64,000 nt of DNA from an uncultured Gemmatimonadaceae bacterium. GTDB taxonomy: Bacteria > Gemmatimonadota > Gemmatimonadetes > Gemmatimonadales > Gemmatimonadaceae. The DNA lies in assembly GCA_963781585.1 (NCBI GenBank), contig CAWAGQ010000004.1, positions 64,001 through 128,000 on the forward strand. Reading direction: 5' to 3'. This document shows, piece after piece, positions 38,261-49,300 of the stretch. A model generated the notes under the pieces. That model saw only the letters and a list, made by a program, of their open reading frames with translations. It made no database searches and was not told the DNA's origin. Position numbers and translations under genes: made by a program. Every line of letters begins with the position of its first letter. The first letter of the stretch is position 1.

Positions 38261-39526
38261 TTACTCGTACCTCAACGCCTCCACCGGATCGAGCTTCGCC
38301 GCGCGCGCGGCCGGGGCCATGCCGAACAGGATCCCGGTGAGCGCACTGGCCACCAGGGCCGCAACCACCGCCGCTGGCGGCACCGCCGCTGGAATAGAGG
38401 TGGAGTTCCGGATCAGCAGCGCGATCAAGGCACCAATGCCGAGCCCGATCGATGCCCCCACACTGGTCAGCGTGGCGGCTTCGACCAGGAACTGCCAGAG
38501 AATCGTGCCTCGCGTGGCGCCAAGCGCCTTGCGCACGCCGATCTCACGCGTTCGCTCGGTGACCGAGATCATCATGATCGCGACCACTCCGACCCCCCCA
38601 ACCAGAAGTCCCACGCCGGACAGTGCCAAGCCCACCAGGAAAATGGCTCCGAAAATCTGATTGAACACGTCGAGGATCCGGTCCTCGCCCACCACATAGA
38701 AGTTGTTGCGTTGCGAGGGGCGCAGCCCGCGGTGCGACCGCATGACCGCCGTCACTTCGTCCATGACTTCGTCTCGCTCCATCCCGGCACGCGGCTTCAC
38801 CGTGATCAACATGAATCGCACGTCCGCGCTGAGGTGCCTGCGAGCCGCCTCTGCCGAGAAGATCGCCTTCGGCCGGTCGGGACCGCGCCCGTCGAGCGAC
38901 TTGAGGAACCCAGCCGTGGTCTGATACACGCCAATGACCGTGAATTGCATCTTGTCGATCTGGACTTCCTTCCCGATCGGATCAGACGCCCCGAACAGCT
39001 GCTTGGCAAGCGTGTCGTTGAGAATCACAACCGGAGCCGCGGACGTGTTCTCCTGCTCGGTGAAGTTGCGTCCGGGCCGGATGTCGCCGCCGTCCGTCTC
39101 CAGCCACTGCGGTCCGTAGGCCTCGTAGTTCACCGACGACAGCAGATGCTCGCGGTACTTCACCGAGACGGAACCGAACATCCACGGCACCGCCGCCTTC
39201 ACCGACGGGATCGTGTTGATCAGCCGCCATTCGTCGAGGGTCACGGGCGGATTGCGCCGGTCGGGGCACGTCTCGTCAGTGCCATCGCAGGTATTGATGC
39301 CAACCCCGCGCCGGCGCACCATGAACGTGTTGGCGCCGAGTTGGTCCAGATCGGAGTGAAAGCTCGCATTGATTCCGTGGATGGTGGCGCCCATCGCCAC
39401 CACCACGAACACGCCCACCGCGACCCCCATGATGGTGAGGGCGGCGCGAACCTTGTTCGATCGAATCGCGTCGATCGCGATGACAACGCCTTCCAGCGTG
39501 GCGAGCAGACGAGACTGGATCTGCAT
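38261..39526 (-). CDS. MacB-type ABC permease (B type)
   Basis: NKVRAALTIMG, GGVGVVAIMMISVTERTREIG, DPVEALRYE; ATG 39526. Confidence 0.9.
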   Translation of the reverse strand: MQIQSRLLATLEGVVIAIDAIRSNKVRAALTIMGVAVGVFVVVAMGATIHGINASFHSDLDQLGANTFMVRRRGVGINTCDGTDETCPDRRNPPVTLDEWRLINTIPSVKAAVPWMFGSVSVKYREHLLSSVNYEAYGPQWLETDGGDIRPGRNFTEQENTSAAPVVILNDTLAKQLFGASDPIGKEVQIDKMQFTVIGVYQTTAGFLKSLDGRGPDRPKAIFSAEAARRHLSADVRFMLITVKPRAGMERDEVMDEVTAVMRSHRGLRPSQRNNFYVVGEDRILDVFNQIFGAIFLVGLALSGVGLLVGGVGVVAIMMISVTERTREIGVRKALGATRGTILWQFLVEAATLTSVGASIGLGIGALIALLIRNSTSIPAAVPPAAVVAALVASALTGILFGMAPAARAAKLDPVEALRYE

Positions 39527-39530
39527 GTCG

Positions 39531-40772
39531 CTATTCCTGCCGGAGTGCGGTGATCGGATCGAGCCGAGCCGCACGACTGGCGGGATACAGTCCGGCCGCG
39601 ATACCGACGCCCGCGCCGACGATCACTGCCGCCACGATCGACCACGGCGCGACCGACGCCGGCAGCGGCGTTACTGCCGCCACCACCTTCGCCATGGCGA
39701 TGCCGAGCGAGATCCCGATCAGGGCGCCGATGACGCTCAGCGTGGCCGCCTCCACCAGGAACTGTCCGAGAATGTCCCGCCGCCGCGCGCCGATGGCTTT
39801 GCGGATCCCGATTTCGCGGGTGCGCTCGGCCACCGCCACCAGCATGATGTTCATGATCACCATCGCGCCGACCACCAGGCCGATCGCCGGGAGTGCCGTC
39901 CCGAAGGCGATGAGCCGATTCCGCAGTCCAGCAAAGAAGGACAGCGCGGCCTCTGAAGTTTCGAGGACGAAGTTGTCCGGTTGTGACGGAGCGAGGCCCC
40001 GGATGCCCCGCATTACGCCCCTGGCCTCCTCCATGGCGTCGGCGAGCACCTCCTCGCCGGGAGCCTGTACCAGCAATCCGTCGATGTCTCCGCGCGGATT
40101 CGTGAGGCGCGAGATGGAGGAAGTGTAGGGGGCAATGGCCAGGCGATCGAGCGAGAAGCCGAATACGGATCCCTGTTTCTCGATCACGCCGATGATCTGA
40201 TAGGGCACACCGCCAATTCGCAGCTCGCGCCCGACGGGATCGAGTCCCGGAAAGAAGTACTGGGCCACCTCCGTTCCCACGACCAGAACCTTCGACCCGA
40301 GCTGCGTCTCCTGCGGCGTGAAAACGCGGCCGCTGGAAAGGTCGTACCGCTTGATCTGGAAGTACGCCGCCTCGCTCCCGATGGCCATTACTTGGCGGGG
40401 ACGGCTGAATGGGGAGGTGGCATACAGGAACCGGATGTTCTCCACCGCCGAACGGGCGCCGGCCGGCAGCACGTCCCGCACCTGGCTGGCTTCCGTCTGA
40501 TAAAGGCGAGGTCGGCGCATCCATTCGCGCCAGGTGGCCTGGCTCACGTCGCCAATCTGCATGTCCGGGAGCCGCCGGAGCGTGAACGTGTTCACGCCGA
40601 GGATGCGCGCGGCAAACTCGTCCGTCATGTACCGGTTCATTCCCTCGACCACCGAAACAACCGCGATGAGGAACATCACGCCGATCACAACCCCGAGCAG
40701 CGTGAAGAAGCTCTTGAGCTTCTGGACGCGGATTTGCGACAGCGCGAGGCGGATGGCTTCGAGAAAGGACAT
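39531..40772 (-). CDS. MacB-type ABC permease (A type)
   Basis: QKLKSFFTLLG, GAMVIMNIML, ERTREIGIRKAIGA, DPITALRQE. Confidence 0.9.
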   Translation of the reverse strand: MSFLEAIRLALSQIRVQKLKSFFTLLGVVIGVMFLIAVVSVVEGMNRYMTDEFAARILGVNTFTLRRLPDMQIGDVSQATWREWMRRPRLYQTEASQVRDVLPAGARSAVENIRFLYATSPFSRPRQVMAIGSEAAYFQIKRYDLSSGRVFTPQETQLGSKVLVVGTEVAQYFFPGLDPVGRELRIGGVPYQIIGVIEKQGSVFGFSLDRLAIAPYTSSISRLTNPRGDIDGLLVQAPGEEVLADAMEEARGVMRGIRGLAPSQPDNFVLETSEAALSFFAGLRNRLIAFGTALPAIGLVVGAMVIMNIMLVAVAERTREIGIRKAIGARRRDILGQFLVEAATLSVIGALIGISLGIAMAKVVAAVTPLPASVAPWSIVAAVIVGAGVGIAAGLYPASRAARLDPITALRQE

Positions 40773-40868
40773 GAATCAGCGCGCGAAGCGCCGAGGGGAA
40801 ACGAGGAGATTCACGAAACGGCGGCGGCGCTTCCTGTACGGACGGCGCCACCGGGGAGTTTCAGACAG

Positions 40869-40900
40869 CAAGGACCGTCGGCGATCACCGACGGTCCTTG
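40869..40900. other. Perfect 13-bp intra-operon hairpin
   Basis: CAAGGACCGTCGG-cgatca-CCGACGGTCCTTG between the ATPase gene and the first permease; no U-tract. Confidence 0.75.
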
Positions 40901-40936
40901 CCCGGCTGGGCAGCGCAAGGACTCCGGCCAGTGTCG

Positions 40937-41758
40937 CTAGTGCGCAAATCCTGACTGCGCCGCAAGCGCACCTCGGCGATCATCACTGGCGATGACGCCG
41001 TCACGCAGGACCACGACGCGTCGCGCGTGAGCCGCGATGTCGGCCTCGTGCGTCACCATGATCACCGTCTGTCCCTGCTGCGCGAGTTCCTCGAAGACGT
41101 TCATGATTTCGCTCGAAGTCGCCGAGTCGAGATTCCCCGTGGGTTCGTCCGCCAGCAGGATGGATGGATTGTTCACCAGCGCCCGGGCAATTGCCACGCG
41201 CTGCCGCTGTCCGCCCGACAGCTCGTTAGGTCGGTGCATCATGCGGTCCTTGAGCTGTACCCGCTCGAGCGCCTCCATGGCCCGCTTCTTCCGGTCGGAG
41301 GACGACATGCCCGCGTAGACCAGCGGCAATTCCACGTTGTGCAAGGCCGTGGCCCGCGGCAACAGGTTGAACGTCTGGAAGACGAACCCGATCTCCTTGT
41401 TCCGCACCCGGGCCAGGGCGTTATCGCTCATGCTCGAAACGAGCTGGCCATTCAGCCAGTACTCGCCGTCGGTTGGCGTGTCGAGGCAACCGATGAGATT
41501 CATCAGCGTGGACTTGCCCGAGCCCGACGGGCCCATGATCGCCAGGTACTCATTGCGCCGTACTGCCAGATCCACGCCGCGCAGAGCGTGCACAACCTCG
41601 CCGCCCATGTCGTAGTCCCGACTCAGGCCGCGCGTCACGATGATCCAGTCCTTGCCGGGCGCGACGCCGTGACTGCCGGTCACGGCGATGCGTTCGGCGG
41701 TCGTGCTCATGCCCGGCTCGTCGGTCGCCACCCCGGGTTCGCTGAAAGTGTCAGTCAC
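40937..41758 (-). CDS. ABC transporter ATP-binding protein (MacB/LolD-like)
   Basis: [38 protein letters not shown]. Confidence 0.95.
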   Translation of the reverse strand: MTDTFSEPGVATDEPGMSTTAERIAVTGSHGVAPGKDWIIVTRGLSRDYDMGGEVVHALRGVDLAVRRNEYLAIMGPSGSGKSTLMNLIGCLDTPTDGEYWLNGQLVSSMSDNALARVRNKEIGFVFQTFNLLPRATALHNVELPLVYAGMSSSDRKKRAMEALERVQLKDRMMHRPNELSGGQRQRVAIARALVNNPSILLADEPTGNLDSATSSEIMNVFEELAQQGQTVIMVTHEADIAAHARRVVVLRDGVIASDDRRGALAAQSGFAH

Positions 41759-43035
41759 TTGGTGTCCTTGTTCTTGGCGTCCTTGTTCACCGCCTCACGG
41801 ACCAGTATCCCGTCTTTGAGCTCACGGATCGCCTGGTACGTCCCACCCACGATACGCTCGCCATCCTTGAGCCCCGACACGACCTCGAAATACCTGTCCC
41901 CCGCAATCCCTACCTTTACGGCCCGGAAGGTCACTTTGTTGTCCGTGCCAACCACAAAAACGCCTTCGACGTCCCGCTTTCCGACCTCCTTGACCGGGGC
42001 GCGGCCCATTGTGACTGCCGAATCGGCGGTCTTGAGCGCCTCGTTCTCGCGCACGGTCAAAGCGATGATCGGAATGGACAGAACCTGCTTTCGATTGTCC
42101 GTCACGATCTTGGCGGTGGCAGAGAAGTCCGGGCGCGTCTCGGGGGGCGCATTGAGCAACTGCACCTTCACTTCGTAGTCCACCGCCTGTTCCGTATTCG
42201 AGCCGGTCGTCGAAGCGCCGCGCACCGAGCTGTTCGAGATCTCCACTACCTTCCCGCGGAACGTGGTGTCGGGGAACGCGTCGATCTGCACGACCGCCGA
42301 GTCGCCGAGCGAGATGCGGGCCACGTCGGTTTCATCGACCTTCACCTTGGTCTCGAGCACGCTCATGTCGCTGATCGTGAGCAGCGTGGCGGCATCCTTG
42401 TTGAAGGTCCCGGGAACGGCCGTCTCGCCCTGCTCCACTGCCAGCCGGGTGATACGACCGCTCATCGGCGCCAGAATGGTCGTTTTCGCCAGGCTGCTCT
42501 TGGAATCGCTCAGCGACGCGTTGGCCTGGTCCACGTTGTGGTTGGCCGACTCGAGCAGCGCCTGATTCACCTCGGCCTGCGTCTTCAGCTGCTCGAGGCT
42601 CTCGTCCGAAACGAGCTGCGCGTTCGCCTTCCGGATCTCGAGACTGCGGTCGTAGTTGCGCTGCGCCTGGATGGAGTTGGCCCGCGCCTGCGCGGCCTGC
42701 GCCTTGGCCGCTGAGAGCCCGGCTTCGGCGCGTTGCACGGCTGCTTCGTATGAGGCGGGGTCGATGCGCAGGAGGAAGTCGCCCTTGTTCACCCACTGGC
42801 CTTCTTTCACCGCGAGCTGGGTGATGCGGCCGCTGATGTCGGCAGCCACGTCGACCTTGGTGCGCGGCTGCACCTGGCCACTGGCCGTGACCGAGGCCAC
42901 GAGGTCGCGCTTCTCCACCGGCTCCACACGGACCTCCACCCCCTTGTTTCCACGCTTGGCCGCTGTGGTCGCGAATATCGCGCCGCCGCCCAGCAAGGCC
43001 ACGCCAATCAATGACCACTTGAGCTTCTTGCTCAT
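41755..43035 (-). CDS. Efflux periplasmic adaptor (MacA family)
   Basis: N-terminal [29 protein letters not shown]. Confidence 0.92.
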   Translation of the reverse strand: MSKKLKWSLIGVALLGGGAIFATTAAKRGNKGVEVRVEPVEKRDLVASVTASGQVQPRTKVDVAADISGRITQLAVKEGQWVNKGDFLLRIDPASYEAAVQRAEAGLSAAKAQAAQARANSIQAQRNYDRSLEIRKANAQLVSDESLEQLKTQAEVNQALLESANHNVDQANASLSDSKSSLAKTTILAPMSGRITRLAVEQGETAVPGTFNKDAATLLTISDMSVLETKVKVDETDVARISLGDSAVVQIDAFPDTTFRGKVVEISNSSVRGASTTGSNTEQAVDYEVKVQLLNAPPETRPDFSATAKIVTDNRKQVLSIPIIALTVRENEALKTADSAVTMGRAPVKEVGKRDVEGVFVVGTDNKVTFRAVKVGIAGDRYFEVVSGLKDGERIVGGTYQAIRELKDGILVREAVNKDAKNKDTK

Positions 43036-43050
43036 CGCATTCCGTCCCGG

Positions 43051-44526
43051 TTAGCGCAGAGTGCGCCCGACCGACCGCTCGAGGTCGGCGAACGCCTTGT
43101 GAAAGTCGTAGATCGCGGTGATCAACTGCGTTGCAACATTCTCGTAGTCGGAGCGCGCCTGCGTCAGCTCCACGAACGTGTTGGCACCGACTCGATACCT
43201 CGCCTCGGCGAGCTCCAGCGCCTCGCGAGCCGCTTGCTGATTCTGCTGCTGCAGCTGGACGGCCTCGTAGTCGGCGGTCAGCGTGCGGAACTTCGACGTC
43301 ACATCCGTCGCCACGCGCAGTTCGGTCGCGCGACGAGCGTAGCGCGCGTCGTTACGCGTGAGCGTGGCGTTTTCCAGCTGTTCCTCACGTCGGAACCCGT
43401 CGAAGATCGTGAAGCTGAGGCCGATGGAATACCCGAAGGGCTGGGTCGTGAAGTCGAAAGGATACTTCTCGTTGGCGGCACGAATCGCCGACTCTTGTGC
43501 CGGGCTGAAGGTAATCGCGTCACACTTGGCTGAAATCGAAGGAAGCCCCGCGCCCACGCGAATGGAGTCTTGGCTGAGACAGCTCGCCTTGCCCGCAATC
43601 GCAGATGCCTGGGCGCTTGCGATGGACGGCGCGATGTCCGTGTTGCGCTGCGTATAGCCGGACCGGCTGGTGCTGAAGGAGAGACTTGGAAGCCATGACC
43701 GCCCCTGGGTGGCGTGCACGGCCACGTTCGCCGATGCCTCGCGCTCCCGATCGGCATTGAGGTCGGGATTGTTTCGCTTCGCCATGTCGAGGAGGTCGGG
43801 AAGCTGGAGCGAGGGCTCCGTGACCGAGAACGTTGTGGTCAGGTTCACGCCATCCGGCATTTCGATGCCGATGTCCTGGAAGAGCGTCAACATCGCGACC
43901 TCGACAGCATTCCGATCGCGCAGCTGCTGCACGCGCACCTGGCCGAGCCGCACCTCGGCGGTGCGCACGTCGAGCGTGGTGCCGGCGCCCACCTGCTGCT
44001 TGGCGCGAGCCAGATCCAGCTGCGCCTGAGCGTTCACCAGCAGTGTATCCTGCAGCGCCGACTGGGCCTGAGCCTGCAGGACGTTCAGGTACTGCTGCAC
44101 GATCATGTATCGGGTCGCCTGTTCGGAACTCAGCACCGCCGCCTGCGCCGCATTGAGGTCGGCCTTGGCCACGCGCGGCTGCATGAACGACGCAAGGCTG
44201 TACTGCGCACTCAACCCCAGACTGTAGTTCGTTCCGATGACATCCGACGCTGCGCCGAGCGCCTGCCCCGCGAACAACTGCGTTCCCCCTTTGCGGAAGC
44301 TGGTGCCGAAGCTACTCGACAGTTGTGGAAGCAGGGAACCGTACGACGACCGGAGTGCAGCGCCGGCGCGGCCCTCCTGCGACTTGGATCGCAGGTAGTC
44401 CGGATTGTTCTTCAGCGCCAGCTGAATCGCCTCGGGCAGCGTGAGCGTGGGTCCGGCCGTCTGGTCCTGAGCGAACGAAACAACCGGTAGGCAGATCGCG
44501 ATTGCCAACGCAACGAGTCTTTTCAT
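43051..44526 (-). CDS. TolC family outer-membrane protein
   Basis: Signal MKRLVALAIAICLPVVSFAQ, LTLPEAIQLALKNNP, RYRVG; ATG 44526. Confidence 0.9.
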   Translation of the reverse strand: MKRLVALAIAICLPVVSFAQDQTAGPTLTLPEAIQLALKNNPDYLRSKSQEGRAGAALRSSYGSLLPQLSSSFGTSFRKGGTQLFAGQALGAASDVIGTNYSLGLSAQYSLASFMQPRVAKADLNAAQAAVLSSEQATRYMIVQQYLNVLQAQAQSALQDTLLVNAQAQLDLARAKQQVGAGTTLDVRTAEVRLGQVRVQQLRDRNAVEVAMLTLFQDIGIEMPDGVNLTTTFSVTEPSLQLPDLLDMAKRNNPDLNADREREASANVAVHATQGRSWLPSLSFSTSRSGYTQRNTDIAPSIASAQASAIAGKASCLSQDSIRVGAGLPSISAKCDAITFSPAQESAIRAANEKYPFDFTTQPFGYSIGLSFTIFDGFRREEQLENATLTRNDARYARRATELRVATDVTSKFRTLTADYEAVQLQQQNQQAAREALELAEARYRVGANTFVELTQARSDYENVATQLITAIYDFHKAFADLERSVGRTLR

Positions 44527-44705
44527 GGAAGGAGACGGGAACGGGTGGTCCATGGTCTGCCCTTCGTACGAGGTGCCTGCCGAAGGGGTTTCAGGGCAAC
44601 AAACCGTGAGACTACGGCCGTGGCCGAGACCGTTGCCGGGCCGTCCTCCCTTCCGCAGACGCCTTGCGATCCTGGGCGCTCCACACGTCGAGCGCCGCCC
44701 GTAAT

Positions 44706-45398
44706 CTACCTCGGCGGATCGTCCCGGATGGCAACGATGCCGCGCGCCGGGATCGCCACTTTCAGGACCCGATCCTTCGTATCCACCCACAGGTCGCGTT
44801 TGGCGCCGTCGCTCTCGGTCAGCACCAGGTGCCGGGCCTCGACGTCCTGACTGCCTATCGTCACATGATCGGTGCCGGCCGCGGACACACGCAGCTGCAC
44901 CTGCGTGTTGCGTTGTGGGACGATGATGGTCACTGCCCCGTTGGTAACGCGATGAGCGATGAAGTAGTACTGATGGTAGACGTCGTCGTCCAGCAGCAAC
45001 GCGCCGCTCGTGGTGATGAACTCTCGTGCGGACTCGCCGCGCGGATTCTGGATTTTCGCGCTGACACGCCCGCGCACGATGTTCGCCGTCCATTTCTCCT
45101 GCGAAGTCCCCGCGCTCTTGATCTCGACGGTATAGTAGGTCGGCGTCCCCGTGGAGTCGGCACGCAGTTCGGGTTCCAGGCGACGGCCGCCGCTCCCGTA
45201 CACCACTGTCGCGGTCGCCATGTAATCGGGGCCCTGACCGCCGGCTGGCCCAAGGATCCGGAAATCTTCACGTCCAGCGCGCTGTCCATTCACCGTGATG
45301 GTAAAGCTCCCCTGGTCGATCAGAGCGCCTTGAGAGAGAACGGGAGCCGGAAGCAGCACGGCCGCGGCAATTGCAACGAAGGGAGTGGGTGAGCGCAT
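44706..45398 (-). CDS. Secreted hypothetical protein, beta-rich
   Basis: Signal peptide; C-terminal DLWVDTKDRVLKV seen in DUF3108/DUF6134-like proteins; co-oriented with the efflux operon. Confidence 0.65.
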   Translation of the reverse strand: MRSPTPFVAIAAAVLLPAPVLSQGALIDQGSFTITVNGQRAGREDFRILGPAGGQGPDYMATATVVYGSGGRRLEPELRADSTGTPTYYTVEIKSAGTSQEKWTANIVRGRVSAKIQNPRGESAREFITTSGALLLDDDVYHQYYFIAHRVTNGAVTIIVPQRNTQVQLRVSAAGTDHVTIGSQDVEARHLVLTESDGAKRDLWVDTKDRVLKVAIPARGIVAIRDDPPR

Positions 45399-45480
45399 GG
45401 CGGGGAGTACACCCGATGAGTGTGGTCGTTCAAGCGAACGCGGGTCGCGGCGGACATGTCAGCACAATGCATTGCGTCCG

Positions 45481-46233
45481 CTAGACTTCGGGCTCCGGTG
45501 TCAGGAAGATCCTGTTTTTCACACGCTCCCGAATCCGGTGGTAAATGGCGGCTCCTTTCTCCGCCGATGCCAGCGACGGACGTCCCACGGATCCGGCACT
45601 CTCCCGGGGGATTCGATAGGTGGCCCGTTTTTGGCGTGCTGCCGAGCGTGGCTCGGCAAAGTAGTCCACTGCCAATTCCTGATGAACCAATTCGGGAGCC
45701 AGATGCAGCAAGACCGAAGTGTCCGCCTCGTCGCCATGCAGAGGTCCCGGGTCGCTGGCTAGCAGGTCCGTGATCCCCGTGGCGAAGACGTCCACCACCC
45801 GTACCCGCGCCCCTTTGGTAAAGACGGTTGCCAAGGCCTCCTGGTGGGGCTCATGACCGTGTGCGGTGAGCAGGATGAACTCCTGCACCCCTTGGGCCTC
45901 CCACGAATCGATGAGATCGTTCAGCGTGCGCAGGAGTGTCTTTCGGCGAAGCGTCGCATTGCCGGGGGCCTGCAACTCGGATTGTGCGTTCACCCCGTAC
46001 TCGAGAGTTGGCGCCCGCAGGATTCCGAACTCGGCCGAGAACGAATCGGCCAGGTGCTCCACGATGATGGTGTCGCAGCCAAGGGGAAGGTGGGGGCCGT
46101 GGTTTTCACAGGTTCCAACCGGGATAATCATCCGGGGATCGGCGCGCAGCGTGCGTGCGACCTCGGCCGGGATCAGTTCCTTCAGTCGCCGGGGCAGTGC
46201 CGAAGGTGATTGAGCAGGGGAGGACGTAGCCAT
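45481..46233 (-). CDS. Creatininase family protein
   Basis: IPVGTCENHGPHLPLGCD, TAHG, HGDEADTS, ASAEKG. Confidence 0.85.
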   Translation of the reverse strand: MATSSPAQSPSALPRRLKELIPAEVARTLRADPRMIIPVGTCENHGPHLPLGCDTIIVEHLADSFSAEFGILRAPTLEYGVNAQSELQAPGNATLRRKTLLRTLNDLIDSWEAQGVQEFILLTAHGHEPHQEALATVFTKGARVRVVDVFATGITDLLASDPGPLHGDEADTSVLLHLAPELVHQELAVDYFAEPRSAARQKRATYRIPRESAGSVGRPSLASAEKGAAIYHRIRERVKNRIFLTPEPEV

Positions 46234-46309
46234 TCGGATCGAAACGCCGGAGAGATTTCGCGAAGCGCCGGACCGGGCAGGATCGGGTCACGACGCATCG
46301 CGTCGGCAC

Positions 46310-49300
46310 ATGCCGATCGGAGGGGCGGTGTCGCGGTGGTGGCTCGCGCTGGTCGCGGGAGCCGCTCTGGGCATGGCACTCTGGCTGCGAACGATCAGCA
46401 TACCATATCTCGCGCTCTCTTCTCTCGCTACCGCGCTGGCCATAGCGGGCGCCCGTCTGGGCCGCGCCAGAGGGTGGGCGATGGCGGGGACCTTGCTGCT
46501 GGCGCTGAGCGCGGCCGTCGCTGGCGTCTACGAGCGGACTATCTCGGAGATCGATCACGACTGGGAGCGGTATTCGCGGGGCCTGGCGGAGGCGGGGGTC
46601 GTCGCACTCCGAACCGCGGTGACCCACGACGTCGAGGCGCTCAGGGTCGTCTCGCGAAAGGCGCTGGACGCCCCCAGCGACCGGACTGCTGCCTTTTCCA
46701 GCCTGGAGAGATTGCTCGCCGGACAGCGATGGCAGAACGGGGGCGTGGTCCTCCTGGGGGACACGGCGCGGATTGCGTGGGCGGGCGAAACCAGAGTGGC
46801 AGCGGAGGGCGTCGCCGATTCGCTCGCGATCCTGGCGAATCCGTTCTACATCAGTGTGGTAGTGACCGCAGGTGGCGCGGCGCGCCGCACGGTAGCCACA
46901 TCGGTCCTGCATGCCGACCCGCCCGGCGACCGGCTCACGCGATCTGTTGACGGGCCGGTGGTGCGGTCCTCTGGTCTCCGCGGGTTCGAGTATCGCGAAG
47001 GGAGCCGGACGGACAGCGGCTGGACCGTGCTGACCGTGGGCGGACATGACTTGATTTCGGTGCGTCCCGTTCCCTTGTCGCAGGGAGAAGCTCGTGTCCG
47101 CGCGGTCGAGCGCGCCCGGCTGGCCGGCGCGGCAGGACTGGTTCTGGCCTTGCTGGTGCTGATGGCTGTGGCCTGGTGGCGGCCGGCGTCGCTCGCCCAG
47201 CGACTCGTGGCGCTGGGGGTTGGCCTCGCCGCGACGGCGATCGTTCCGTTCAACGCGTACTCCAACGTTTCACGGATCTTCGACCCGGCGGCGTACTTCA
47301 CGTCGCTGGGTGGTCCGCTGACGGGGAATGTGGGGGCACTGGCGGCAACCGGGGCGCTGGTGCTGCTGGGCTGCCTGGCACTCGTCCGCGCTGGCGTCCG
47401 GTCACGCTCCCGGTGGCTGGCCGCGCTGATCGTGGCGGCAGTAGCCTCGTTAGGTCCGTTTCTGCTACGGGATCTGGCGCGCGGCATCACGCTGCCGCCG
47501 CGCGGTGCGCCGGCAATTCTCTGGCTCGCGTGGCAGATCGCGCTTTTCCTGGCGGCGTCGGCGATGCTGTTGATCGGCGCCAGTGCGGGTCGGCTGGCGA
47601 TGGCGGGCCGGCGAGGCTTGTCCCCGGTGCTGGCGCCGGCGATCGCGATCGTGGCGGTCGGTGCCGCCCCGCTGCTCTGGCAGCCACCGGGACGCTGGCC
47701 CGGATGGTATACGGTGTTGTGGATCGTGGCGATGGCCGCACTGGCTCTGGCCCGACGATCACGGGGACTGGTGCTGAATGTGGGAATCGCCGCGGCCTGC
47801 GGCGCGGTCACGCTGGCGTGGGGTGCCGTCTCGCAGGATCGGGTCGAGCTCGCTCAGCTGGACGTCTCGCAGTTGGCGGCCCCGGACTCCTCGAACGTTG
47901 AGCTGCTCGATCGATTCGGCGATGCCCTCGAATCGAGCCCGCCGCCGCTCGATCGCGCGGATCTGCTGCTGCGATACGTCCGCTCGCCGCTGGAGGCGGC
48001 CGGACATCCGATCGGCATGGCGGTCTGGCTTCCGGGAGAGGAGCATCCCCATGCCGAACTGCTGATCTCGGATTTCGAGCATCACCCCGAGTCGGAGCGC
48101 GCCCTGGTTGCCAGGGCGCGCGCCGCGGGCGTGAGGACCTGGGACCTGGACCGGTCGACACAGGGTGTGCAGACGCTGATGGCGGTCCCCTATCCGGACA
48201 GCGTGGTGGTGACGGTGATCATCGCGCCGCGAACTCTGCTCATTCCCGAAGATCCGTTCACGTCGCTGATCGGGCTCGCCCCGGTGGCCGCCACTGAACC
48301 GCCGTACGACCTGACCCTGAGTACCCTGCCGTCGCCGATGCCGCTTTCCGAGCGCCCGTCCTGGATCCGCGTGGACAACGAACTGCACGGTGACTGGCGG
48401 GTGCCCCAGACGGCCGGCACGTCGCGGGTGCACGTGGAGGTCGACCTGCGCGGACTCGACGTTCTGCTGCCGCGGGGCGCCCTGATTGTGCTGCTCGACC
48501 TGGTGATTCTCAGCGGCCTCTGGACGCTGGTCGCTCTGGCCGACGGCGGGTTCGTGCGGTGGGCATGGTATCGCGCGCGTCGATGGACCCGGAGCTATCG
48601 CGGTCGCCTCACCGTCACGCTGTTCGCGTTCTTCGTGATTCCGGCAGCCGCTTTCGCGTCCTGGTCGTACCGGCGTCTGCAGCTGACCGATCTCGATGCG
48701 CGGATACTGCTGGTGCGCGAATCCCTCCGCAGCATCACCGCCGGCTGGGAGGGCGAAGCGCTGGACTCGCTCAGCGACCGGTTTGACACGCCCCTGTTCG
48801 AGTATCGCAACGGCGCGCTGAGCGGCCAAAGCGACGGACTGTATGCGCTGCTGGCGCCCGTGGGACGCTACCTGCCGCCGTCGGTCGCCATCAATCTCGG
48901 CGTGGAGAGCGAGCTGACGGCCACCGCGCGGCCTCCGGTGGCGAGGACTCCGACGCTGTTCGGGTATCGCCCGGTCGTGACCAGCGCCGGAGAGCGCGCC
49001 GTGCTGGCCGCCCCCGCGCGGACCAATGAGCTCGCCCTGGACCGCGAGCGCCGGGACATCGGCATGCTGGTCCTGTTCGCGACCTCGTTAGGCGGTCTGG
49101 CCGCCCTGTGGCTGAGCGGGCTGGCGGCACGGGAACTGGAGCGCCCGGTTGGCGCGTTGCGCCGGGCGGCGCTGCGCATCGCCCGCGGTGAGCGATACGT
49201 CCGGCCCGGCGCGCCGCCGGCGCTGGAGTTCGGACCGGTGTTTTCCGCGTTCGAGCGCATGGACGCGGAACTGACAGCCGGGCGGGAGGCGCTCGAAGAG

